Shown: positions 12,236-25,425, numbered from the stretch's first letter. The stretch: DNA of 49,302 nucleotides from Chiloscyllium plagiosum (GCF_004010195.1 NC_057719.1:7426254-7475555), one strand, 5' to 3'. A program made the numbers and translations. Notes: generated from the sequence alone by a model not told the origin.

Positions 12236-13330
12236 TCTTAAAAATTTGTTTGAAATTTTGTCAGTGAGTGTGAAAATGCAATTGTATGGAACAAATCTAC
12301 ATGGAAATGATGCTGGTATTGTGGAGCTGTCACTTCTAAGAACATCATAATTTGGATTAAGGTACCCAGTGTCTGATAAGCCAAAGCGATATGTTAAACA
12401 TGTGAACTATTCAAGCAAAATGAAGTTGTATGAAGGATGTTGAGTGAAAACGGGTTTTGATATGTCTGTTAAGTAGAATAGTCAATATTTTGTATTCAAA
12501 CAGATGAGTGGATGGAGTACTTCTCATAATTTACTCCCTCAGTCTTTATAAAACAGTTTTATGAACATAGGCAAAAAAAAAGAAAGGAAAAACAGAACAA
12601 AATATTTTTAGTTTTATATTTTTGTACTATATAGACAAAGTGCAATATGATTTTTTAATTATGACTCTATAATAGCAATTTGCGATATACAAAACGCAGA
12701 ACCTTTTCAAACAATGTATGTAAAAATACATGTTTATTTTACTGCTACAGCATTTATTTTAACATTGGACTGTGCCAGCAGAATATTGGTTATACTAAAG
12801 CAACAGTCTTAGAAATGTTCCAGAAGGTGCCAGAACTTTGAAGATGGAGACAGGAAATTTCAGAAACAATTGAACAGTTGACATTAAGATAGTAATTGCA
12901 TTCTGATTGAATAAATAATTTCATTATTATTCATATTCTCCTGGTCTATAATTATGTATGTGTCACCTTGCTTCCCGTATGCATTACCTGCTTTTATGTA
13001 AGAATTGGAGATGCAAAATTGAAATTCCCATTAGAAACATTAAGATAGCGACATCAGGCATTTCAATACTAGCTCTCATAAAGAAAACAGAATTCCCAGT
13101 TGCCAACATTCTAAAGCCTACATCTCTGACTACTACATCTCTATTTAATTAACATCAACACACTCATGTTTTTTGACAATGACTACATTATATACTTGTG
13201 AACCAATGATTATTCATGCTTAAGAATTTCATGACTCAGCAGAGTTAAGTCAAATGAAAAATACATTGTTTGCCTGTCTTCAAGTGAACAGCGTGAAGAA
13301 ACTGTCAGCAATCCTTACCTTATGACTCTT

Positions 13331-14200
13331 AACAAGAAAGAACAAAGAAAATTTACAGCCCAGGAACAGGTCCTACGGCCCTCCAAGCCTGAGCTGGTCC
13401 AAATCCATTGTCTAAACTTATCGCCCAATTCCTAAGGATCTGTATCCCTCTGCTCCCCACCTACTCTGCATCTGTCCAGATACACCTTAAATGAATCTAC
13501 CGTGCCTGTCTCTACTACCTCGGCTGGCAACGTGTTCCAGGCACCTACCACCTGCTGTGTAAAGTACTTTCCACGTGTATCCCCCTTAAACTTTTCACCC
13601 CTCACCTTGAACACATAACCTCTCGTTACTGAATCCCTCACCCTGGGAAAAAGCTTATCTATCCTATCTATACCCTTCATATTTTGTAGACATGAATCAG
13701 GTCCCCCCTCAATCTCCTTTTTTCTAATGAAAACAATCTTAACCTACTCAACCTCTCTCTTCATAGCTAGCACCTTCCATACCAGGCAACATCCTCATAA
13801 ACCTTCTCAGCACCCTCTCCAAAGCGTCCACATCCTTTTGGTAATGTTGCGACTAGAACGCTGCCTCGCAGCGCCAGAGACCCGGGTTCAATTCCCGCCT
13901 CAGGCGACTGACTGTGTGGAGTTTGCACGTTCTCCCCGTGTCTGCGTGGGTTTCCTCCGGGTGCTCCGGTTTCCTCCCACAGTCCAAAGATGTGCAGGTC
14001 AGGTGAATTGGCCATGCTAAATTGCCCGTAGTGTTAGGTAAGGGGTAAATGTAGGGGTATGGGTGGGTTACGCTTCGGCGGGTCGGTGTGGACTTGTTGG
14101 GCCGAAGGGCCTGTTTCCACACTGTAAGTAATCTAATCTAATCTAAAACTGTAGACAGTATTCTAAATGCTGCAGAGCCAAAGTCTTGTACAGTTTTAAC
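13331..14200 (-). mobile_element. CR1 3' part interrupted by an HE1 SINE
   Basis: Same subfamily as 6862-8195 (aacaaag tail, GYVFKVRGEKFKGD). Confidence 0.9.
13860..14146 (+). mobile_element. HE1-type V-SINE, young
   Basis: B box ggttcaattcc; V-domain gtgtggagtttgcacgttctccccgtgtctgcgtgggtttcctccgg; (taatc)n tail; CpGs retained. Confidence 0.92.
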
Positions 14201-14996
14201 AATCACGTTATTTTTGAAGCCTTTTGAGAATGCCCATGTAGACTTGAATGGAGGTGATAGATATGTTCAGACAACCGACCTAAAGCTTCGCTACTTATTA
14301 ATTGAATTTACCATAATTGCATAGCTGACATTCTTTTAGAGACTGCATGTTCACTGCATCCCTGGAGAACAATGAGGCCACATTGCTGGGGGTTAGAAGG
14401 TAACACACAAAGCAACCTTTAAGCTGGTTTCTTGCAGTAGGAAGGTGACAATCATGCTTTGAGGAACTAGTATCTCTCCCTCTATTAGTTTTCCAGAATG
14501 CAGTAGTGGGCTGCAGGTTCCAACAGTATCAATACAATGAAACTTTCAGAAGATTTTGTCCTAGCATGCTTGGTCTGTTTGTCAGATTTCCATTTGAAAT
14601 TGTAACCGTCACAATTCAAATGTATTTTAAGAGAAAAACAGTGGAGAAGCTGTTAAAAGGCTATAAAATGCCATTTACAGAACATTTAATTCTTTTTGGG
14701 CTCAACACTAAGAGAAGGAGTCATTCCAATCGGGGCTAGCTGCCCTTTCTAAATGGTTGAAGCATTTTAACCCATTTTCAATGTTGAGTGGGGTATCATG
14801 GATGTAATCTGTTATTGAATCCTAGGGATGAAGTCACAGTGGTAGCAGTGTGTACCATCTGCAAGAAAACTTGTCAAAACTCACCGAAACTCTATAGATA
14901 GTACCTTCTAGGCCTGCAATCTCTACTACTTAGAAGGACAAAGTTAGTAGATGCATTGGTACACTGCTGCCTGCAAGTTTCCCCTCCAATCTAATG

Positions 14997-16580
14997 CAGG
15001 ATTTGTGTGCATGGCTGAGGATTCCATCTGGGCCAGTTGCTTTCTATGGGTTCACTCTCAAAAAGGCTGATCTGACATCTGCAGCGGTGACTGAAGGAAC
15101 AAGTACATCCAAGGCTGTCAGGGCAAGTGACATTGTTTCACTGACCTTCTGTTTGAAATGAGCAGAAAATGCATTGAACACATCAGGGAGGATGTGTTAT
15201 TGTCTGCTATTCTGTTCTGTTTTGCTTTGTAGTCTGTTATGTCATGTGGCCTTGCCATAAACGATGGATGTCCGTGTAGTTAGTTTGGATTTTTAGCTTA
15301 GTCTGGTATTGTCTCTTGGCATCTGAAATTGCCTTACAGAGGTCATATCTGGATTTTGGTTAAGGTTAGGCTCGACTGACCTGAATGCCACACATCTGGA
15401 CTTCAGTAGGCAATGGATCTCCCTGTTTATCTGTGGATTTCAGTTGGAGAATATTTGAATTGACTTCTTAGGCATGCAGTCTTCCACATAATTGCTAATG
15501 AAGTCTGTAATGGTCGTGGCATAGTCTTCTACGTTGGCCTCTGAGTTCCTGAATATGGACCAGTTAATCAATTCTAAGCAGTCCCATTGCTTAGAAGCTT
15601 TTCTATTGCCTCAGACCTCCACGACAATTCTTAACACCGGCATACTGCGAGGCTGTGTACTCAGCCCCTTACTATACTCCCTGTTCACCCATAACTGTGT
15701 GGTCAAATTTCATCCTAACTCCATCTATAGGTTCATTGATGACACTTTCGTTGTAGGCCAGATCTCAAACAATGACAAGACAAAATACAGGAAAAAGATT
15801 GAGTGTTTGGTGGCATGATGTAAAGATAGCAATCTCTTCCTCAACATCAGCAAAATAAAAGGTCTGGTCATTGACCAGGAAGTAAGGTAGAGGGCACGCC
15901 ACATCTACATTAATGGAGCTGAGGTGGAGATGGTCGAAAGCATCAAGTTCCTAGGAATTATGATCATCAGCAATCTGCCCTTGTCCTCCCATGTTAATAC
16001 GATGGTTGAGAAAGCACAACAATGACTCTATTTCCACAGGAAGCTGAAGACATTTGGTATAGACCCTTACCAATTTTTATAGATGCATCAAAGAAAATAT
16101 TCTATCCGAATGCATTACAACTTGGTATGGCAACTGGTCTGCCCAGGACCATAAGAAACTACAGCGTTGTGAACAAAGCCAAGTCTAGCCTGCAGGCCAA
16201 CCTTCCATCCATTGACTCCATCTATAGTTCTCGCTGCCTCAGAAAGGCAGACAACGTAATCAAAGACCCCTCCCATTTTGGTTATAATCTCTTCTGATCT
16301 CTTCCATCAGGACAGAGATACACAAGTTTAAACACATACCAACAGATTCAAAAACACCTTCTTCCTGCTCTTATTAGACTTCTGAATGGATCTCTCAAAT
16401 TTAATATTGACCTTGCTCTTTGTGCACCTTTTGTGCAGCCATAACATTGTATTCCTCACTGTTCTATTCTCCTTATGCACTTTGTGTGTTATGATATGCC
16501 CGTACTGCACGCAAAACAAAATTTTTCACTGTATCTAGGTACATGTGACAATAATAAATCAAATCAAAGCAAAATCAAAA
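14997..16580 (+). mobile_element. Rex1/Babar LINE with inverted 5' segment
   Basis: 14997-15605 on - strand: DCLELINWSIF...VEDCMPKK...VRSAFLRVNP*KATGPDG; 15612-16580 on + strand: GCVLSPLLYSLFT...RFIDDT...; (aatca) tail. Confidence 0.85.
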
Positions 16581-16710
16581 TTATTGTGGACTTATGTTCC
16601 ACTGTAGAAGTTTGGGTTTGACATTTGGAAGTGAATGCCAATTGAGAATGTTCTGTACTGTATTCTGCCTAATATGAACAATTTGACTGAGTGTTTCATC
16701 AAGAAGAAAA

Positions 16711-17532
16711 TTTGCTAATGCTCTTCGGGGGAGTGGGGGGTTTAAACTAATGCAGGCCTAGAAACGGCAAATGTAGTTTAATGTGGAAAAGTGTGAGGTA
16801 GTTAACTTCGGAAGAAGTAACAGGAATGCAGAATACTGGGCTAATGGTAAAATTCTTGGCAGTTTAGATGAACACAGAGTTCTCAGTGTCCAGGTGCATA
16901 TTCCATGAAAGTTACCACCCAGGTTGATAGGGTTGTCAAGAAGGCATATGGTGTGTTGCCGTTTATTGGTAGGGGGATTGAGTTTTGGAGCCACAAGGTC
17001 ATGCTTCAGCTGTACAAGAAACTGGTAAGGCCGCACCTGGAGTATTGTGTACAGTTCTGATCACTGCATTATAGGAAGGATGTGGAAGGTTTGGAAAGGG
17101 TTCAGAGGAGACTTACTAGGGTGTTACTAGGAAGGTCTTACGAGGAAAGGCTGAGGGAACCAAGGCTGTTTTCATTGGAGAGAAGAAGGTTGAGAGATGA
17201 CTTAATCGAGACGTATAAAATAATCAGAGGGTATTCCCCTGGGTGGACAGTGAGAGCCTTTTTCCTCGGATGGTGAAGGCTAACATGAGGGGGCAAAGCT
17301 TTAAATTGAGGGGTGATAGATATAGGACGGATATCAGAGAGTAATAGGGGCGTGGAACAGCCTGCCTGCAACAGTAGTAGACTCGCTGACGTTAAGGGCA
17401 TTTAAATGGGCATTGGACATATGTATGGATAATAATGGAATGTTGTGGATTAAATGGGCATCAGATTAATTTCACAACATTGAGGGCTGAAGGGCCTTTA
17501 CTGCACTGTAACGTTCTATATTCTATGTTCTA
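16711..17532 (+). mobile_element. CR1 3' part
   Basis: LERVQRRLTR...LFSLERRRLR; ttctatg tail. Confidence 0.9.
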
Positions 17533-17574
17533 AGAAGCCTAAACTCGCAAGAATCAAGAAGATTCAGGGGAACT

Positions 17575-19355
17575 CTCCACTGGTTAGAGTCATGCCTGCC
17601 TCATAGAAAGATGATTACAGTTTTGGAAGTCATGCATCTCAGCTCCTAGGCATCTCTGTAGGAGATCTTCAGCTACTGTCCTGGACCCAACCATCCTCAG
17701 CTGCTTTTATTAATGACCTTCCCTTCTTTATAAGGTCAGAAGTGGAGATGTTTACTGGTGATTGCACAATGGTCAGGACCACTTGCAACTCCTTGGATAC
17801 TGAAGCAGTTTCTGTTCAAACACAACAAGACCTGGACAATATCCAAGCTTGGGCTGACAAGTGGCAAGGAACATTTGTGACACACAACTGCCAGGCAATG
17901 ACTATCTCCAATGAAAGTTAATTTAATCACATTCCTCGACAGTCAATGTCATTACCATCGCTGAATTCCCTACTATCAATATCCCAGGTGTTACCATTAA
18001 CCGGAAACTGATTTGGACTCGCCACATAAATACAGTGGCTACAAGAGCAGTTCAGAGGCTAGGAAGACTTCAGCAAGCAGTTTGTCTTCTGATTCCCAAA
18101 GCATGTCCACCATCTACAAGACAAAAGTCAGGAAAGGCAATCGTGAGACTGCACCTGGAATATTGCTTACAGTTTTGGTTCCCTTACTTGAGGAGCAATG
18201 TATTTGCATTAGAGACAGTTCAGAGGAAGTCCACTAGGTTGAATCTGGAGGTGATGGGTTTGTCTTATGAGTAGAGATTGAGCAGTTTAAGCATCCAGTG
18301 TCTGGTGTTAAGGTAAACGAGAAAAGATCTAATTGAGGTATATAAGATGCTAAAGAGATTGACAGCATAGATATACAAAAGATATTCCCTCAAGTGGGGC
18401 AATCTAGAATGAGTGGTCATAGTTTTAGGATAGGAGCAGCAAAATTAAAACAGAATAGGAGAAATTATTTCTCTTAAAGGCTGTGAATTCACTGCCTCAG
18501 AGTGCAGTAAATGCAGGATATTGTCTATCATCTTTTAAAATTTACAAAGATTTTAATTAATAATGTGCTGAAGGGTTAAGAAGAGTGGGTAGGGAAATAG
18601 TCAAGGCTGAGATGAAATCAGCCAAATGGCAGAGCAGGTTTGAGGGGCTGAACTGCCTACTCCTGCTCCTATTCTTATGTTCTTATGTGTAATGGAATAC
18701 TCCTCACATGCCTGGATGAGTCCACCTCCAACAACACTTGAAGCTTGACACCATGCAGGACAAAGCACAATGTCCACAAGCATCTCTCCACCATCGGTAC
18801 TCAGTAGTAGCAGGGTGTACATCCACAAGATGCACTGCAGAAATTCTCCAAAGATCTTTAGATAGCACCTTCCAAACATACGACCATTTCCATCAGAAAG
18901 GACATGGGAATCAGATGCATGGGAGCAACACCACCTGCAAGCTGCTCGCCCCTGACTTGGAAATATATCTCCATTTCTTCACTGTTGCTGGGTCAGAATC
19001 CTGGAATTCCCTCCTAAAGGCATTGTGGGTCTACTACAGCACTTGGACTGCAATAGTTGAAGAAGGTAGTTTACCTTCTTGAGGGTAAGTAGGGATGGGC
19101 AATAAATCCTCGCCAGCTAGTAATGACCCTCATCCTGCAAGTAAATTAAACAAAAATTACACCATCCTGACTTGGAATTACACCACTATTCCTTCACTGT
19201 GGGTGGGTCAAAATCCTGGAACTGCCTCCTTAATAATACTGGGTGTATCTACACACATGGACTGCACTCGGTTCAGAAGGCATCTCACCATTATCTTCTT
19301 GAGGGCAATTAGAATGGACAATAAATACTGGCCTAGCCAGTAATACCCACATTCT
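17575..19355 (+). mobile_element. Second-lineage CR1-group LINE 3' half with nested CR1 (about 18135-18690) and a second tail copy (about 19160-19355)
   Basis: VLDPTILSCFINDLP, QQDLDNIQAWADKWQ, STIYKTKVR; tail gggcaataaat...gccag. Confidence 0.75.
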
Positions 19356-19805
19356 GAAACTATTGTGGGAATTACATCTAATAATAGAAGTTTGGTTTTG
19401 ACATCTGGCACCTGCTGGTTGAGTATGATCTATATTGCCAAGTATGAACAACCAAAGGCACACTCAGCTTGATTTAATCAATAAATTTCAAGGACATATG
19501 AGCTATGTACCTTTTAATTCTATTCTCATAATAACATGGAACTGCATTTTGATTCTATACAACAGACTGGTTTCTTGAGACACTAAAGTAAAATGTTAAA
19601 GACACATTTGTAGGTCCTGAGGACTTTGTTCATTTTGTTGCAGTGAATACTTCTGATTTCAAGAGAGATGATGTTTACTTATTAGAAAGCAAGTAAAGAG
19701 CGAGGTGAATATGTGAAATAGAGGAAGATAAAATAGTGAATTTTCAAATAATCTGGTACAGTGTGACACAGCCTCTTGTTTGATTTCCAGAACCATTATT
19801 CTTTT

Positions 19806-20458
19806 TCATTGAGTCATGGAGTCAGAGACATGTACAGCATGGAAACAGACCCTTTGGTCCAATTTATCCATGCTGACCAGACATCCTAAATTAATCTTGG
19901 CCCATTTGCCATCATTTGGCCCATATCCCTCCAAACCCTTCATATTCAAATACCCATGCAGATGCCTTTTTAAAAAAAAGAGTCTGTTTCCGTGCTGTGC
20001 ATGTCTATGACTAAATATTGTAATTGTACCAGCCTCGCACCACTTCCTCTGGCAGTTCATTCTATTCTTGCACCACCATTTGCATGATAACGTTGCCCCT
20101 TAGGTCCCTTTTAAATCTTTCCCCTCTCACCTTAAACCCATGCTCTCTAGTTTTGGACTCCCCTACCCTCGGGAAAAGACATTGGCTATTCTCCCTATCT
20201 ATGCTTCTCATGATTTTATAAACTTCTATAAGGTCACCATTCAGCATCTAACACTTCAGGGAAAATAACCTCAGCCTATCCCTATAGATCAAATTCTCCA
20301 ACCCTGGCAAACGCTTGTAAATCTTTTCTGAACCCTTTCAAGTTTCACAGCATCTTTCCTACAGCAAGAAGACCAGAACTGAACACAGTGGTCCAAAAGT
20401 GGCTTCACCAATGTCCTCTGCAGCCACAACATGACATTCCAATTCCTCACTCAGTACA
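19806..20458 (-). mobile_element. CR1 3' part
   Basis: GDLIEVYKIMR...FKVRGERFKRDLRG; gagtcat tail. Confidence 0.9.
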
Positions 20459-21099
20459 CTCTTTTTAAACTTTTTTTTTCAGATATGTTGCAAATTTTCC
20501 TGACTCTTCTTCAAAATGAGTTAGCGTTTTGAAATATATGATTTCACTGACATTGCTTTCATGATAATAAATGACTAGTTGAAAGGTATCATGTGTCAGT
20601 GTAGATGGGAGACTTTGTTTATGGAGAAGTGGTGTGGGCATTGCAGGAAACCAAACCTAAGCTCACTCTGCAAGCAAAAGATGTGCCCAATTGGGTGTGT
20701 AGTAATGAATAATCACCAGGAATTATTATCCTTGCTAATCTTTCTCTCCCTATATTCAATCATTGATTGCTGAGGTCCAATTTTAAGATTAGCTAACCAG
20801 AGACCAACCTTCCTCCTGTACATTAACTACGCAACATAAATTTGTTGATTCATTTGTGGGAGACCCTCCCCTAATCCAAATTAATTTTCATCTCCAAGTA
20901 ATGTTAAAACCATGCTGGTGAAACAGACCAGGCTGCATCTTGGTGGTATCTCAGTTGTGGAAAATTGTCTTCTTATTATGCAGCTCAGTAAATGGAAAGC
21001 ATTATTACAGTTTTATAGTTGGGATTGTGAATTTTGTGAATTGGATGACTCCTCTTTCCTTTAACTTATATAAACTAGGGTGACAAGGAGAGAAACTAG

Positions 21100-22780
21100 A
21101 GCAGGAGACGAATAAGGGAAAAGATAGAAAAGTAGAATACAAAAGTGGACGACTAGTAGCAAATAGAGCTGGAGCATAAAAACAGTAAAAATATTGAAAA
21201 GACAAGGCTACAGGTAGTATAAATGAATTCATGGAGCATTTGCAATAAGGTAATCAAACTAATAGTGCAGGTATTTGTAAACTGGCATGATATGATTGTA
21301 ATTAAGGAGATATAGCTATGGGCAGACCAAGGCTGGTTCCTGAACAGCTAAAGGTATTCAATTTTTAGGAAGGATGAGCAAATGGAGGTGGGGGTGCATT
21401 ATAAATGACACAAGAAATTTGTGGAATAGTGAGAGAGGATATTGGCACAGGAATATATCAAAGGTACTTGGAGGTTCTTGTGCATTGATCTTTAAAATGT
21501 CATAAATAGGTGAAGAAAAGAATCAAGAAAGCTAATGAAATGCTGGCATTTAATTCTAGAGGACAGAAGTTATACAGAACCCTGGTTAGATCTCACTTGG
21601 AGTATTTTAAGCAGGTCTGGACACTATGCCTAAAGAAGGCTTACATCTGAAACGTTGACTTCTCCACCTCCTGATGCTGCTTGGCTTGCTGTGTCCTTCC
21701 AGCCTCCTGTCTGTCTACCACACCTTAGGAAACATATATTAGAGGGAGTATAACATGGATTTACAAGAATGATTAAACGGTTAAGTTGTGAGGAGAGATT
21801 ACACAAATTAGGCCTGGTTTCTCCAGAATTTAAAAGGCTAAGAGATGATCAAAATCTTCAAGATATTAACAGGAAAAGACAATGTAGATAAAAATAAACT
21901 GTTTATGCTGGTTGAGGATTCTTGAACTAGGGGATACAGTCTGAGAATTGGAGTTAGACTGTTCAGGAGAGATGTTAGGAAGCATTTCTACAAACAAAGG
22001 GTGCTCAATATTTGGAACTCTCTTCCACAAATTGCAGTGGATGTTAGATCAATTGTTAATTTAATATGTGAAATTTTTGGTAAGGAAAAGTATTAAGGCA
22101 AAAAGGGCAAAGACAGGTAATGGAGTTAGGCCAGAGATCAGCCATGATCTCACTGAATGATGGAACAGACTCAAGAGGTGAATGGCCAATTCTATTCCAC
22201 TCGTCTGAGTGGAGCTAAGAAGCAACAAGGGGCAAAAAACATGAGTGGGAATTATCTGTGTGCTCCCAAATATTAGTGGTGACGAAGGTATGGCATTAAG
22301 CAGGAAATTAGAAATAAATGCCACAAAGGTGCTACTATAATCATTGGTGATTTTACACTACATTGTAGACTGGGAAAACCACATTCATATTGATATTGTG
22401 GCAGATTAATTCCTGGATACAATGGATTTTTAGACCACAATATTGAGGAACTAACTTGAGATTTGATTTTGTGCAATGAGAAAGAGTTGATTAATAATCT
22501 TGTTGTGAAAGGTCCTTTAGGGAAATCATGACCAAAGCAGGATAATCTGGTGGAATAAGTTTATTTGAACAATGCTGGGACCAGTCTCTGGTGAACCAAT
22601 AATTCAAAATATAAAAAGGAAGAGAGAGGCAAAAGTTAACATGGGCCCTTGGAGAACGAGGCTAGGAATTAATAATGGGGAGGTGAATAAACACTTTACA
22701 TCAGTTGTCACAGTAGAACAGCATTCTGAAATTACCAAATAATCAAGGGGCAAAAAGATGAGAAGAAATAAATACTATCA
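21100..22780 (+). mobile_element. Old CR1 fragments with a small PLE insert (about 21633-21718)
   Basis: Decayed EN-like and 3' CR1 motifs (ctggttagatctcacttggagtat; gatcagccatgatctcactgaatga). Confidence 0.65.
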
Positions 22781-22885
22781 CTGGAGAGGAGGTGATGGCC
22801 TAATGGTATCATCACTAGTCCACTAATCCAGAAACTCAACTAATGTGATGGGTTCAAATCCCACTAAGGCTGATAGTGGAATTTG

Positions 22886-22993
22886 GAGAAAGTGAGGACT
22901 GCAGATGCTGATGAAGGGCTTATGCCCGAAACATAACGCTCCTGCTCCTCGGATGCTGCCTGACCAGTTGTGCTTTTCCAGCAACACAGTCTT
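22886..22993 (+). mobile_element. Penelope mini-insertion
   Basis: 15-bp TSD tgatagtggaatttg (22871-22885, 22994-23008); contains ctgatga-agggc-ttat-gccc-gaaac. Confidence 0.85.
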
Positions 22994-23861
22994 TGATAGT
23001 GGAATTTGATTTTTTTAAAAAATTAAGTAGTTAAGAATTAAGAAACTACTGAAGTCCATGAAACCATTGCCGATTGTCAGTAAAACCCAACTGGGACACT
23101 AACATTCTCCAGGGAATGAAATCTGCCATCCTCACCTGGTTTGGTATACATGTGACACCAGACACACATAAATAAATATAGGTGACTTTCAACTTTCCTC
23201 TGAATGGCCTAGCATGCTAATTGTATCAATTGCTATGAAGTCTCAAACTGGACCACCTGGCATCGATTTAGCCACTGGAAAAGACAATAGCAGAAGCAGC
23301 CTTGTGGACCCTGCAAAATCCTCCTTACTATCATCTGCAGCTAGTGCCAAACTTGAGAAAGCTGTCTCACAGATGAGTCAAGCACCAGCCTGACATAGTC
23401 ATGTTCACAGAATCATACTGTATAGACAATTTCCTAGACACTACTGTCCCTGGATATGTTCTGTCCCAGCAGAAAGATAATCCAACAGAGATGGCAGTGC
23501 AGTGGTGTATAGTTGAGAGGAATTTAGCCTGGGAGTCTTCAACATTGACTCCAGACCCCATGATGTCTCTTAGATTCAGATTAAACATGGCCAAAGAAAC
23601 CTCCTACTGATTACCACATACTGCCCTCACTCTTCTATGTTGAACAATACTTGGAGGAAGAACTGAAGGTGGAAAAGGTGCAAAATGTACTCTGGGAGGG
23701 GAATTCCAATGTCCACCATCAAGAATAGCTTGGTAGCAGCATTACCGATCAGGCTGGTTGGACTCTAAAGACATAGCTGCTAGACTGGGCCTCATCCTTG
23801 CCAATTTGCTAGTTGCAGATGCATTCATCCACAACAGTAATGGGAAGAGTGACCACAGTAC

Positions 23862-24950
23862 AGTCATAGAGTCATAGAGAAGTACAGCATGGAAACAGAC
23901 TCTTCGGTCCAACTCGTCCATGCTGACCAGATATCTTAACCTAATCTAGTCCCATTTGCCAGCACTTGGCCCATATCCCTCCAAACCCTTCCTATTCATA
24001 AACCCATCCAATAATAGTTTTGAAGACTTGTGCTCCAGAATGTGAACATGACTATGTCTTTTAAATATTGTAATTGTACCAACCTCCAACACTTCCTCTG
24101 GCAGCTCATTCCATACATGCACTACCTTCTGCATGAAAAAGATGCCCCTTAGATCCCTTTTAAATTTTTCTCATCTCACCTTGAACCTATGCCCTCTAGG
24201 CTGCCTTGCTGATCTTTGAGGGGCCCAAAAGGATTCCGTGAACCCTATTTTCCAAACCTATTTAATGTCCCCTTTTTGCCCTCCTGATTTCCCTTTTAAG
24301 TATATGCTACTGCCTTTATACTCTTTTTTAGGATTCAGTTGATCTATCCTGTCTATACCTGACATATGCTTCCTTCTTTTTCTTAACCAAAACCTCAATT
24401 TCTCTAGTCATCCAGTATTCCCTACACCGACCAGCTTGCCTTTCACCATAACAGGAATATATTTTCTCTGGACTCTCGTTATCTCATTTCTGAAGGCTTC
24501 ACATTTTCCAGCCATCCCTTTACCTGCGAACATCTGCCCCCAATCAACTTTTGAAAGTTCATGCGTACTACCGTTAAAATTGGCCTTCCTCCAATTTAGA
24601 ACTTCAACTTTTGGATTTAGTCTATTCTTTTACATTACTATTTTAAAACTAATAGAATTATGGTCTCTGTCCCCAAAGTGCTCCCCCACTGACACCTCAG
24701 GCACCTGTCCTGCCTTATGTCTCAAACGTAGGTCAATGTTTGCACCTTCGTCAGTAAGTACATCCACATACTGAATCAGAAAATTTTCTTGTACACAGTT
24801 AACAAATTCCTGTCCATCTTAACTCTTAACACTGTGGTAGTCCCAGTCTATGTTTGGAAAATTAAAAATCCCCTACCACCCTTTTATTCTTACAAATAAC
24901 TGATATTTCCTTACAAATTTGTTTCTCAATTTCCCTCTAACTGTTGGGGT
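23862..24950 (-). mobile_element. CR1 fragments (3' tail plus EN/linker region)
   Basis: gtcatagagtcataga tail; rc of 24660-24700 reads as the EN motif GEHFGDRDHNSISF. Confidence 0.8.
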
Positions 24951-25425
24951 TGATGTAAATAAGAAATTTATTTGGGTGGAATAAATGCCACCCAATTCCA
25001 CGTGGTATAAAAACAGTTGGAGGCACTAGATACTGCAAAGACTATGTGCCTTGATAACATTCCAGTAATAGTTTTGAAGACTTGTGCTCCAGAATGTGCC
25101 ACTTCCCTAGCCAAGGTCTTCCAGTACAGTTACAACACTGGCATCTACCCAACAATGTGGAAAATTGCCCAGGCATGTCCTGTACATAATAAGCAGCTCA
25201 AATCCAACCTGGCCAATTACTGCCCCATCAGTCAACTGTCAATTATCAGTAAAGTGATGGATTGTGTCATAAATAATAACAAGCAGCACTTGCTCAGCGA
25301 TAATCTGCTTTCTGATACCCAGTTTGGGTTCTGCCAGGACCAGTCAGCTCCTGACCTCATTACAGCTTTGGTTCAAACATGGACAAGAGAGCAGAATTCC
25401 AGACATGAGGTGAGAGTGACAGTCC

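Larger units (their letters stand above)
22786..25425 (+). mobile_element. tRNA-headed CR1-group LINE 5' half (head, APE endonuclease, start of RT), interrupted
   Basis: B box gggttcaaatccc; EN motif QPDIVMFTESY...; RT start LDTAKTMCLDNIP...QFGFCQDQSAPDLITALVQ at 25017-25425. Confidence 0.75.

Noticed and set aside
13860..14146. tRNA genes suggested by A/B boxes (also at 9557, 37167, 47976)
   Set aside because: These are SINE heads continuing into SINE bodies; no complete cloverleaf is evident.
19160..19355. Tandem duplication of a LINE tail
   Set aside because: The two tails are clearly diverged, so an independent insertion of the same family is the simpler explanation.
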